From the NCBI GenBank assembly GCA_014075215.1, contig CP046177.1, positions 183,291 to 247,290 of the forward strand: 64,000 nucleotides of DNA, written 5' to 3'. The position numbers and the translations under genes were made by a program. Below the pieces are notes generated by a model. The model was not told where the DNA came from and ran no database searches. It was given only the letters and a program-made list of their open reading frames with translations. Numbering within the stretch: the stretch's first letter is position 1; every line of letters starts with the position of its first letter. This document shows, piece by piece, positions 27,534 to 37,642 of the stretch. Source of the stretch: Flavobacteriaceae bacterium. Lineage in GTDB: Bacteria > Bacteroidota > Bacteroidia > Flavobacteriales > Flavobacteriaceae.

Positions 27534-28865
27534 TTAATCCAAACGAAGTTCTCCGTAGTAGAATTGCAGCACTTTTGTTTTAAAAACAAAATCGTATTTT
27601 GATCTGATCAAAGCAGACTCTGCACTTACTAACCTGTTTCTGACCAAATCAAAATCAAATAGAGACATGGCTCCCAAACGATAGCTTTCCTGAGCATTTT
27701 TAAATGCTTCCCTTTGTGATTCCAAAGATATTGTAGCTGCTTCATATACTTTTGAAGCAGCTTTGGAATCCAGATAGGCCTGCTCTATGGTTTGCTGTAA
27801 ATTCAATTTTTGACTCTCCAGGTTTAGCTCGGCAGTACTTTTATTAATAATAGATTTTGCTACTGTATTCTTATTTTGAAATCCGCTAAAAATAGGTATG
27901 TTAACAGAAACTCCTACTCCATATTGAAGCCTGTCATTTAATTGATCAAAGAAATTAGCATTCCGTTGCCCCGGGAGTAAATTGTTGAATTGATTAAAAT
28001 AAGAAGTGCTGGTTGCCAAGTTATAAGAAACAGAAGGTAAAAAGGCCGCTTTTGAAATTTCAATGGATAAATCCGCATTTTCTATAGCTAAAGTCGCATT
28101 TTTTATTTGAGGTTGTATTTCCAGTGCCTTTTCATAAACTATATTTGAGTTTTCATATGGTAAATTTGCTGACGGAAATCCGACATTAATCTCTAAAACA
28201 TCAAAATTTTCATAGGGTACCTGAAGTAACTGAGCTAAATTTAATAACGCCAGGTTTAATGCATTTTGCTGAGTAACAACATTCTGAGCATCATTTGCAG
28301 CAGTAGATTGTACATTCAGCAAATCTCCTTTCGGTATTACTCCCGCATCAAACCTGTCTTGGGCGGCATCCACTTGTTTTTTGCTTATTTCTGCCTGTAC
28401 TTCGGCAACAGCAAGATTTTCTTTTGCAAAAAGAACATTCAGATAACCATTCACTACAAATAGAGAAATGTCATTTTGAATTTTTTCTAAGGTCAATTTA
28501 CTGGCTTCAACCCCTAATTTTGCCTGTTTATAGGTGTTTAGGTTTCTAAATCCGTTAAAAATAGTACCTCTTGCAGATACACTAAAATTAGTATTGAAGT
28601 TATCCGTTGTTGTTAAAATTCCGTTTTGATCCGGAGATAAGCCCGACCTGAAATCGACGTTGTTCGAACCGCTTATATTAGGCAAAAAATTCCCTTTGGC
28701 AATCTCAACATCTCTTTCGGCCAGTAAAATATTCAACTGGTTCTGCTGAACCGTGATATTTTTTTTCAATGCTTCATCTACACATTCTTTTAAATTCCAT
28801 TTTTTTTGTGAGTATCCAAAACTGGCCAGAATTAGTAATGCTATGATTAGAAACTTTTTTTTCAT
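27534..28865 (-). CDS. TolC-family outer-membrane efflux protein
   Basis: Track ORF 27534..28907. I prefer the start at MKKKFLIIALLILASFGYSQ (28865). The two-repeat helical/beta architecture is typical of the OEP family. Confidence 0.8.
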   Translation of the reverse strand: MKKKFLIIALLILASFGYSQKKWNLKECVDEALKKNITVQQNQLNILLAERDVEIAKGNFLPNISGSNNVDFRSGLSPDQNGILTTTDNFNTNFSVSARGTIFNGFRNLNTYKQAKLGVEASKLTLEKIQNDISLFVVNGYLNVLFAKENLAVAEVQAEISKKQVDAAQDRFDAGVIPKGDLLNVQSTAANDAQNVVTQQNALNLALLNLAQLLQVPYENFDVLEINVGFPSANLPYENSNIVYEKALEIQPQIKNATLAIENADLSIEISKAAFLPSVSYNLATSTSYFNQFNNLLPGQRNANFFDQLNDRLQYGVGVSVNIPIFSGFQNKNTVAKSIINKSTAELNLESQKLNLQQTIEQAYLDSKAASKVYEAATISLESQREAFKNAQESYRLGAMSLFDFDLVRNRLVSAESALIRSKYDFVFKTKVLQFYYGELRLD

Positions 28866-29084
28866 GTTGGTTAGGTGCTTTATACTATTCACTATTATTT
28901 TTCTCAAAAAACTAAGCCGATTTTCCGGGCGTTTAGAGTTTGTTTATTCAGTTCTTAACTAGGAATTTTTTAAACCCGAAACTATATGAATCGGTATATA
29001 GTTAATACATTATCTTTTAAAGTGGTATGGTTTTAAGACGAGTAAAATTAAAATATGTTACAGATTTGAGCTCTTATTAAAATG

Positions 29085-29306
29085 TTAATTTTTGATTTTT
29101 TTGCGATATTTGTAAAGAAAATAAAAAAGAACTCCAACTAAAACATACGGAAAAGCCATTAAATAGGTAATACCCAGATTGATTCCTTCTGCCATAGGTT
29201 GGTCTCCGTTTTCTACCACAGCTTTACACATAGCACACTGGGAATAGGAATCATTAGTGATGAATAAGCAGCTACTAATAAAAAAAACATACTTGTATTT
29301 ATCCAT
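29085..29306 (-). CDS. small membrane protein (73 aa)
   Basis: The ORF overlaps the upstream DUF420 gene by 8 nt. It has a CAMC motif and one C-terminal TM helix. Family unknown. Confidence 0.45.
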   Translation of the reverse strand: MDKYKYVFFISSCLFITNDSYSQCAMCKAVVENGDQPMAEGINLGITYLMAFPYVLVGVLFYFLYKYRKKIKN

Positions 29307-29823
29307 AATATGGCGATATCATTAGATATACAACCACTCCGGTAATGGCAACATATAACCAGAGCGGAAATGTGATTTTTGCTATTTTTTTATGCTTGGT
29401 AAATTGTCCCAATTTTGCTCTCATAAATGTAATTAATACAAAAGGAATGACGACAATTGAGAGTAAAATATGAGAGAGTAGCACAAAATAATAGATGTAC
29501 TTTACAACACTTTTTCCGCCAAATTCTGTCGGGTCCGAAGTCATATGGTAGGCAACATACATGACTAAAAATACTGTGGAGCATACCAAAGCAGTCATAT
29601 TGAGCCTTTCATGTATTTTTCTGTTTCCTTTTTTGATTGCTATGACAGCCATGATTAAAAGAATAGCAGTAATTCCATTAATGGTAGCGTAAATAGGAGG
29701 TAGAAAATGCAAAGGTGCAACATTAGGAATTTTTACTCTGAACAATATCGCAACAACTATTGGAATTAAAACGGACAACATTATAATTCCTCTTTTATAT
29801 TGCTTTTCTTGTAATTTATTCAT
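29299..29823 (-). CDS. DUF420-family membrane protein (cytochrome-oxidase associated)
   Basis: 174-aa ORF with 4 TM helices. Its position between SCO and the cox genes matches the recalled Flavobacteriia arrangement. Confidence 0.6.
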   Translation of the reverse strand: MNKLQEKQYKRGIIMLSVLIPIVVAILFRVKIPNVAPLHFLPPIYATINGITAILLIMAVIAIKKGNRKIHERLNMTALVCSTVFLVMYVAYHMTSDPTEFGGKSVVKYIYYFVLLSHILLSIVVIPFVLITFMRAKLGQFTKHKKIAKITFPLWLYVAITGVVVYLMISPYYG

Positions 29824-30520
29824 TTAATAATGCTTTAATATCTGTTTTTAATTCTTCTATTTGATCAGCAAAACCACCTTCTTCTATTGCTCTGTAATAC
29901 AATATGGGGTTTCCATAGGCATCTTTCCTCGATCTTATATATCCTTTTTTATCTATCAAAGCAAATAACCCGGAATGTTCAAACCCTCCGTGACTTTCTT
30001 CTCCTTTGCCTGCATATAATTTAAACCCTTTGTTGGACAAAGCATATACAACAGTATCCGGTTTCCCCGTTAACAAATGCCAGTTTTTATAAGTAATTTG
30101 ATTTCTTGCTGCATATTCTTTTAGTATTGCCGGAGTGTCAATACCCGGAGTAATGGAAATAGAAGCTATTCCAAAAGCATCATTGTTGGCAAATGTGCTT
30201 TGTATGGTAACCATCTTACCCTTCATAATAGGACAAATTGTCGGGCAAGTAGAGAAAAAAAACTCCACAACATATACCTTACCCGCAAATGTTTTGTTGG
30301 TGATGGTATCTCCATGCTGATTGATAAACTCAAAATCGGGCACTTTATTAAATGTATATAAATCCGAAAGAGCTGCCTTTTTATTTTTTTTAACTTTATT
30401 TAATCGATTTTCTTTAACAATATCATTATTCTGATATCTGGTAACTATTTTAGGGATAGCATATATCCCAAATATTAAAATGATAAAAGCCACTCCTACA
30501 TAAGAATATTTATTCTTCAT
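29816..30520 (-). CDS. SCO1/SenC-family copper chaperone
   Basis: 234-aa ORF with an N-terminal TM helix, the FFFSTCPTICPIM (CxxxC) motif and a conserved H in FEHSG. Confidence 0.8.
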   Translation of the reverse strand: MKNKYSYVGVAFIILIFGIYAIPKIVTRYQNNDIVKENRLNKVKKNKKAALSDLYTFNKVPDFEFINQHGDTITNKTFAGKVYVVEFFFSTCPTICPIMKGKMVTIQSTFANNDAFGIASISITPGIDTPAILKEYAARNQITYKNWHLLTGKPDTVVYALSNKGFKLYAGKGEESHGGFEHSGLFALIDKKGYIRSRKDAYGNPILYYRAIEEGGFADQIEELKTDIKALLNE

Positions 30521-30531
30521 CTTTATAAAGA

Positions 30532-31188
30532 TTAAATTTCTCTGTTTCTTTTATTCTTTTTCAATGCCAATCTATATTCTGCCAAAACCACTTTCACATC
30601 GTCTTTCATTTTGTTGTTTAGTTCAGCAACGGATTGCATGTTGTATCCGAATAACAACCCATATTTAGAATCCTTATCATTCGTTCTTCCTCTTAAGTTC
30701 AGATCTTTATCTACAATAAATGCTCTTGAAGAATACTTTGTCGGTGGCAGGGAGGATTTCGTTTGTAAGCTGTTGTACAAAGTATCTATTTGAGCATCTG
30801 AAGCCGGGATAAAATTCCACTTTATCATATCGGTAAAATTACCTAAATCTGATTTCAAGGTATGTACAGCAGGCGCACTTTCTTTTGGGTAAATGGCTAC
30901 GATTTGAAAATCTTTAAAATCATAAAACGGTTTGTATATTTTCTGATTTAAGTTAAAAAAACTCCCTTTTACTTTATCTATATCGTATCCTAAAAAGCAA
31001 AGAATACTAATTTTATCTTTCAACCGGATGACATTTGCGGTATCAATATTTGAAATATCGTATATTTTGGGAGTTATCACAGGCAATCTTGTAAAGTTAT
31101 TTATTCCCGTGGAAAGGAGTAGAAAAAAAACTAACGGAAAGATAAATAGTGTAAATAAAACCGCTTTTTTCTTGGATATTTTTTTCAT
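30532..31188 (-). CDS. hypothetical membrane-anchored protein
   Basis: 218-aa ORF with an N-terminal TM helix, located in the cox accessory cluster. Confidence 0.45.
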   Translation of the reverse strand: MKKISKKKAVLFTLFIFPLVFFLLLSTGINNFTRLPVITPKIYDISNIDTANVIRLKDKISILCFLGYDIDKVKGSFFNLNQKIYKPFYDFKDFQIVAIYPKESAPAVHTLKSDLGNFTDMIKWNFIPASDAQIDTLYNSLQTKSSLPPTKYSSRAFIVDKDLNLRGRTNDKDSKYGLLFGYNMQSVAELNNKMKDDVKVVLAEYRLALKKNKRNREI

Positions 31189-31196
31189 TATGAAAG

Positions 31197-31221
31197 CTAA
31201 AAAAAGGTGGTAAAACCACCT
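31197..31221 (-). terminator. Rho-independent terminator after the cox subunit IV gene
   Basis: On the minus strand it reads GGTGG TTTTA CCACC followed by a T-run (plus-strand GGTGG 31206-31210 and CCACC 31216-31220, A-run upstream). Confidence 0.55.
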
Positions 31222-31237
31222 GAATATTAAAAATATG

Positions 31238-31579
31238 TTACCACTTTACTAATGGTGCTAAGGTGTCATATAAATAATCTCCCTCGATCAATAACAAGGT
31301 TATAAGGTAAATAATTAAAAAAACAGCCGTCCATACCACTGCTCTTCGAAGCCATTTTTTCTCACCTTCCATATGCATAAAAGTCCACGTAATTCCGTAT
31401 GCTTTTGCCAAAGTAAGAATAATAAATATCCAGTTTAGCCAGCTTGTCCCTAAAAAAATACCTAAGTGTAACCCTTTGGGTTTATAAATCCCAAAAGCTA
31501 CTTCTACAATTGTAATTATTGACAGAATGCCAAATACAACCCATATTCTTTTTGCATTTGATTCGTGTGCGTGTGCCAT
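31238..31579 (-). CDS. cytochrome c oxidase subunit IV-family small membrane protein
   Basis: 113-aa ORF with 3 TM helices, immediately downstream of the subunit III genes. Confidence 0.6.
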   Translation of the reverse strand: MAHAHESNAKRIWVVFGILSIITIVEVAFGIYKPKGLHLGIFLGTSWLNWIFIILTLAKAYGITWTFMHMEGEKKWLRRAVVWTAVFLIIYLITLLLIEGDYLYDTLAPLVKW

Positions 31580-31604
31580 CGTCCTATTTTTCTTAATTTT
31601 TAAA

Positions 31605-32585
31605 TTATACTAAGTAGAAGAAGGTAAAAACGAATACCCATACTAAATCTACAAAGTGCCAATATAAACCTACTTTTTCTACCATTTCATAGTGTCCTCT
31701 TTTTTCATAAGTGCCTAGAATAATATTGAAGAAAATAATGATATTGAAGACGATCCCTGAAAAAACGTGAAACCCGTGAAATCCGGTAATGAAGAAGAAG
31801 AAATTAGCAAAAATAGTATTTCCGTATTCATTTACTTCCAAATTCGCCCCTTCTGCCACCAACTTGGCTTTTGCGAGTTCGGATGCTCCTGCTTCTCTTG
31901 ATAAAATGGTTTTTTGTTTTGTATCTAAATTTATTAATTCCGTTCTGATTTGGACATCGGAATCTGCATTATATGCATTTACAATTTGATCAATGGAATA
32001 GTTAGGTATGGTACCTTCCGATTCAAACCACAATCCGTTTTTTCGGGTGTGCTGTACCCTGTGGGCTGTTCTTTCTCCAATGACAAAATCAGACAATGCT
32101 ATTTGATGCCCATCCTTTACAAATTGTAAGATTTTACCATCAGTAGTTTTTACGGCTCCATAAGAACCTTTGATAAACGTATTCCACTCCCATGCTTGAG
32201 AACCCACAAATATTAACCCTCCTATGATAGTAGCAAACATATACCAGGCTACTTTGTTTTTCTTCATCTGATGCCCTGCATCAACAGCTAGTACCATCGT
32301 AACCGAAGAAAAGATGAGGATAAATGTCATGAAAGCAACATAGATCATCGGAAAACTGCCATGCGTAAAAGGGACATGAGTAAATACTTCATCAGCAATG
32401 GGCCAGGAGTCAATAAACTTATAGCGGGTTAACCCGTAAGCAGCTAAAAAACCCGAAAAAGTCAATGCATCCGATACGATAAAAAACCACATCATCATTT
32501 TACCATAACTAGCTCCAAACGGCTTTACGCCACCACCATTCCATGTTTGCTTTTTTTCCGAGTGTACAGCAATGTTTGCTTCCAT
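31605..32585 (-). CDS. cytochrome c oxidase subunit III-family protein (long form)
   Basis: Track ORF 31605..32633. I prefer the start at MEANIAVHS (32585). The C-terminal FHGFHVFSGI...YWHFVDLVWVFVF is a subunit III signature. Confidence 0.75.
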   Translation of the reverse strand: MEANIAVHSEKKQTWNGGGVKPFGASYGKMMMWFFIVSDALTFSGFLAAYGLTRYKFIDSWPIADEVFTHVPFTHGSFPMIYVAFMTFILIFSSVTMVLAVDAGHQMKKNKVAWYMFATIIGGLIFVGSQAWEWNTFIKGSYGAVKTTDGKILQFVKDGHQIALSDFVIGERTAHRVQHTRKNGLWFESEGTIPNYSIDQIVNAYNADSDVQIRTELINLDTKQKTILSREAGASELAKAKLVAEGANLEVNEYGNTIFANFFFFITGFHGFHVFSGIVFNIIIFFNIILGTYEKRGHYEMVEKVGLYWHFVDLVWVFVFTFFYLV

Positions 32586-32636
32586 AAAATTTACGTTAAA
32601 TATATTTTTAAAATACCTGCCAAAATTAATCAATTT

Positions 32637-33227
32637 TTATTTCCTGATAAAATAGAAAAAGAGAAATAGAAAAGTCCATAAAGCACCTACAAAATGCCAA
32701 AATATTGCCCCAAGCTGAAACCCGAGAAAATCAGCAGCCGTATATTTATGTCTGAAATGATTAAACAATATAACCAACAACACTATGATACCTGCCATTA
32801 CGTGTAGTGCATGCATTAGACTGATACCAATAAGAAATGAAGCTGAGACGGTGCTCCCTTCCCCTGTAAAATACAAGCCCGCTTCTTTTAACTGATGAAA
32901 CCCTTCATATTGTTGCCAGATAAACAACAGACCCAGCATAAAAGTAATCGCCAGTAGTATAATAGATTCGGGCCTTTTATTTCTCTTTATAAATAGTTGA
33001 GATAGGAATAAAGTAGTACTACTTACGATGATGAGTAGGGTGCTTGTAAAAAATGCTTGGGGCAAATCAAAAGTAACCCAGTCGTCCCGTTTCATACTTA
33101 TAAGGTATGCACTGGTTAATCCTGCAAAAAACATCACCATACTAATCATGGAAACCCACAGCATCGGTTTTGCGGTTTTTCTTTTTGCTACAGTTAATTC
33201 TTCTTCAAGTGTTTCTTTGTTCGCCAT
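32637..33227 (-). CDS. cytochrome c oxidase subunit III-family protein (short form)
   Basis: 196-aa ORF with MHALHVMAGI and FWHFVGALWTFLF motifs. Confidence 0.75.
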   Translation of the reverse strand: MANKETLEEELTVAKRKTAKPMLWVSMISMVMFFAGLTSAYLISMKRDDWVTFDLPQAFFTSTLLIIVSSTTLFLSQLFIKRNKRPESIILLAITFMLGLLFIWQQYEGFHQLKEAGLYFTGEGSTVSASFLIGISLMHALHVMAGIIVLLVILFNHFRHKYTAADFLGFQLGAIFWHFVGALWTFLFLFFYFIRK

Positions 33228-33229
33228 AA

Positions 33230-34132
33230 TTAATGTAAAAATTTATCTATCACATATACCACCTGCACCATTGTTATGTAAAAGATACTTGACAGCATCA
33301 GTTTTCGGGCTTCCTTATCATGACGAGTTTTGTATAATCGATAGGCATAATACAACATAACTCCTCCAAGTAAGGCAATTATGAATGCGGTCACCGGATA
33401 TATATAGAATTTTCCTGTTACCTTAAATACGGGCGATACGGATACTACTATCATAATAAACGTGTAGAAAATAATTTGTCTGATAGAACCGGCATCTTTT
33501 TTGTTCATTGGCAGCATATTGAATCCGGCTTTTTTATATTCTTCGTATTGTAGCCATCCAATGGCCCAAAAATGTGGAAATTGCCAGAAAAACTGTATCA
33601 TAAATAAGAAACCTGCTTCAATCCCGAATTGATTTGTGGCAGCTACCCACCCTAGCATGAATGGAATAGCACCCGGAAAGGCGCCTACAAAAACCGTTAA
33701 TGGCGTTACCGATTTTAAAGGAGTGTAAGCGCAAGTGTATAAAAAAATGGAAATAGCACCAAATAACGCGCTTTTCGGGTTGATTCCATATAAGATAGCT
33801 AATCCGACAAGTGTAAAACTTATGGCTATGAAAAAAGCCGTATGAACACTTACCCTGCCGGTGGGCAATGGCCTGTTCATGGTGCGTTTCATCAGCGCAT
33901 CCGTATCTTTTTCAATAATCTGATTAAAAATATTAGAAGCACCCACCATTAAAAATCCGCCTGTAGCCAATAGAAACAAAACAGAATAATCTATAAAATC
34001 TACAGCGAGTAAATACCCTGCCACAGAAGAAAAAACTACACTTAAAGAAAGCCCGACTTTGGTTAGCTGTTTTAAATCTGATAAAAAACTTTTTACGGAT
34101 GATTTATGTTCGATTCCGGTAATAGAATTCAT
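33230..34132 (-). CDS. cyoE: protoheme IX farnesyltransferase (heme O synthase)
   Basis: 300-aa UbiA-family ORF with NQIIEKDTDALMKRTMNRPLPTGR. Confidence 0.85.
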   Translation of the reverse strand: MNSITGIEHKSSVKSFLSDLKQLTKVGLSLSVVFSSVAGYLLAVDFIDYSVLFLLATGGFLMVGASNIFNQIIEKDTDALMKRTMNRPLPTGRVSVHTAFFIAISFTLVGLAILYGINPKSALFGAISIFLYTCAYTPLKSVTPLTVFVGAFPGAIPFMLGWVAATNQFGIEAGFLFMIQFFWQFPHFWAIGWLQYEEYKKAGFNMLPMNKKDAGSIRQIIFYTFIMIVVSVSPVFKVTGKFYIYPVTAFIIALLGGVMLYYAYRLYKTRHDKEARKLMLSSIFYITMVQVVYVIDKFLH

Positions 34133-34530
34133 TTATATAACATTCTTTGCAAAGGTATTTCATAATTATGAAAATACCAATGAACTTATCTTAACTTTTC
34201 GTTTTAACCGAAAGTGAACTGAAATTTAACTAGATGAGACACTTTTTGAAAGCGATAGCAGCGCTATAGGTAAGAAGAGTAACAAAATATAGGTGAACTT
34301 CAGTCATTTTTTAGGAAATAGAAAAAGTAAAGATGATTTCCATATAGAACCATATGAAAGTTTGTTATCGGAATTATTTCATAAAAGTTGGATCATATGT
34401 ATTTCAACGTATGAGTTAGAATGGTTTATCTAAACGATATACCTATACTATAAACAATACATTTTATTCATGATTCCTTTATTTTCAGGTTTTTTTCTTA
34501 ATTTAGTAACCAAGCAAATTTGAATTTACG

Positions 34531-37432
34531 ATGCTACATGTTGTTTTAGTAGTAAGGTCCATATGGACTCTGATAACTGTTTTAGTTACGGCGGTTTCAA
34601 AAATACATATACACTCATTGCATAACGATTTTTTATTGCTGAATTATTTTAAATATGGTATACATATAGTATTGTTTATTCCTTTTTTTCTTAACAGTCA
34701 GGAATTGCCACCTGTTAATATATATGCTTCCAAAGATTATGGAGCCGGAAATCAAAACTGGTCTATTTCTCAATCGAAAGAAAAATTTATTTATATAGGA
34801 AACAATAAAGGATTATTGGAATTTAATGGTGAGATTTGGCGGTTATACACATCACCTAATAAAACTATTATTAGATCCGTAAAAGTAGTGGGCGATAAAA
34901 TCTTTACCGGATTTTATATGAATTTCGGATATTGGGAAAAAGATGATTTGGGGTCTTTAAATTATACTTCTTTAAGTGAGGAATCCAATATACCACTTAT
35001 AGAGGATGAACATTTTTGGAATATTATTGAAATGGATGGATGGGTGCTGTTTCAGTCGCTTCAGAGAATTTATTTATATCATTTGGATACCCGGGAATTT
35101 AGAATCATTGACGCTGAAAGCACTATCTTAAAGATGATGAAAGTTGACAATACCATTTATTTTTGTAAGCAAGGCAAGGGGATTTATAAAATAGAAAATG
35201 GCAGATCGGTATTAATATCCGATCATACTGTTTTTAAAAACAATCCGGTAGTGAATATTTTTAAAAAGCAAGAAGATTTATTGGTATTGACTCAGGATGA
35301 TGGTTTTTTTATCTTGCAACATAATCAGGCCCTTAAATGGAATACCGATGCTGATCTTATCATTTCAGGCAAAAGTGTTTATAGCAGTATCCAACTGTCT
35401 AATGGAGATTTTGTCGTAGGCACGATATCCGATGGTTTTTTTTACCTTGAAAAAAATGGTACTGTTAAATATCATATGAATCAGGCTTCCGGCTTGGGCA
35501 ATAATACCGTATTGGCTGTTTTTGAAGATGAAGATAACAATATATGGTTGGGTCTGGATAATGGGATAAACAGCATTAATATAACATCTCCTTTTAAAAT
35601 TTTTAGCAATAAAGACGGGAAGCTAGGTACTATTTACGCCTCAAAAGTATATAAGGGATACTTATATTTAGGGACGAACCAAGGGTTGTTTTATAAAAAG
35701 AGTATGTCTGACGATGCTTTTACATTTGTCAAAAATACACAAGGACAGGTTTGGAATTTGACCATCATAGACAATCAGTTATTCTGTGGCCATAACAGAG
35801 GTACTTATTTAATAGAAAACAGGAAAGCTATAAAAATTGCAGCTATTGAAGGAACCTGGGGAATTAAAAAAACCTCAAGAGAGACTTTTTTGCAAGGCAA
35901 CTATAACGGCCTTCATATTTTAGAAAAAAAATCCGGAAAGTGGAGATATAGAAATAAGTTAACCGGATTTGATAATTCCAGTAAACATTTTGAAATGATA
36001 GGCAATACGATTTTTGTTGATCATGAGTACAAAGGCGTTTTTAAACTTACAGCAAATGATAGTCTCACAAAAATTCTCAGTGTAGAAAAAGACACTACTG
36101 TTGAAAAAGGCATACATTCCAGTCTTATACAGTATCAAAATAAACTTTTATATGCTAATGAAAAAGGCGTTTATGAATACGATTTTTTAAATAATCAGTT
36201 TAAAAAAGATGCTCTTTTTAGCTCTTTATATGACGAAAAGAGTTATGATTCGGGAAAATTAATTTTCAATAAAAATAGCCTTTGGGTTTTATCCAAAGAA
36301 AATATTTCATATGTTTCTCCCGATCCGTTAAGCAATCATCTCAAAGCACATAAAATTCCTTTAACCGTTAAATCAAAGGAAAGGGGTTACTGGCTATGAG
36401 AGTATATCATTGATAGAAGACAACAAATATATTATTGGCAAAACAGACGGGTATATTATGATGGACTTAGATAAATTTACGCCTCCTAAAGAATTTGAGG
36501 TTTTTGTGAATCAAATAAAGAACAGCGAACATAATAGTAATGTAAAAACGTATATAGATAAGTCAAAAACATCGACATTTGAAAATCGTCAAAACACCCT
36601 CGAAGTTGATTTTAGCGTTCCAAACTATACAAAATTCTCAAAAACAAAGTATTCGTACCGGCTACAAGGAGATTCCGAGCAGTGGAGTCATTGGTCTCAC
36701 CATTCATATGTACTGTTTGAAAACTTAGCCAGCGGAACATATACGTTTTATGTCAAGGCCAAAATAGGAGATAATCTGAGCTCAAACGTAGCATCATATA
36801 CATTTGAAATATCAAAAAAATGGTATGCATCCAACCCGATGATGCTGTTTTATGCGTTTTGTATTTTGGTTTTTTCCTTTTCTATGCATACGAGTTATAA
36901 AAAATACTACAAAAAGCAGGAAGCTAAATTATTGAGTAAAAAACAAAAAGAAATTGAACTAAAAGAACTTGAGGCAACACAAGAAATTATGAAATTGAAA
37001 AATGAAAAGCTTTTGACAGATATCGAAAATAAAAACAAAGAACTGGCAAGTTCTACGATGAGCATGATTAAGAAAAACGAATTTTTGAATGATATAAAGA
37101 AAGAGTTACAAAAAGAAGAAGGACGAAATATTAGCAATGTTGTAAGAATAATTGATAAAAACTTAAACAATACAAATGATTGGAAAATGTTTCAGGAAGC
37201 ATTCAACAACGCTGATAAAGATTTCTTAAAAAAGATGAAATCCAAACATGCCAATTTAACCCCTAATGACTTGCGGTTATGCGCATACCTTAGATTAAAT
37301 CTATCTTCAAAAGAAATAGCACCGCTACTCAATATATCGCCCAGAAGTGTTGAAGTGAAACGATATCGATTACGTAAAAAGATGAATTTAGGTCATGGCT
37401 CCGGCCTAACTAGCTATATCTTAGAAATATAG
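34531..37432 (+). pseudogene. PUL regulator: two-component-regulator propeller / Y_Y_Y / LuxR-type HTH protein, frameshifted as sequenced
   Basis: Track ORFs 34531..36399 and 36410..37432. The second frame is open back to 36368, and a 1-nt gain in AAAGGGG (36380-36386) would fuse them (...KSKEKGVTGYESISLIEDNKY...). The C-terminal LTPNDLRLCAYLRLNLSSKEIAPLLNISPRSVEVKRYRLRKKM is a LuxR/GerE HTH. The true start is probably internal, e.g. a TTG near 34636. Confidence 0.7.
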
Positions 37433-37642
37433 AGGCACAACATGCGTTTGTCATACCTATACAAAAACACAACAATAAAGTTCTTGATGTCTTTTAAAAT
37501 ATCGTAAAACCCAGTAATAAAGGGGTTTTTCCGTGTTTTTTTGTGTTTTTAGGACTGTATGTTTTTTGTAAAGCACTTATTTAACAATTTGATATTGAAG
37601 ATATTTATATTTTTATGGAAATGATAAAACTAAAATTTAAAT

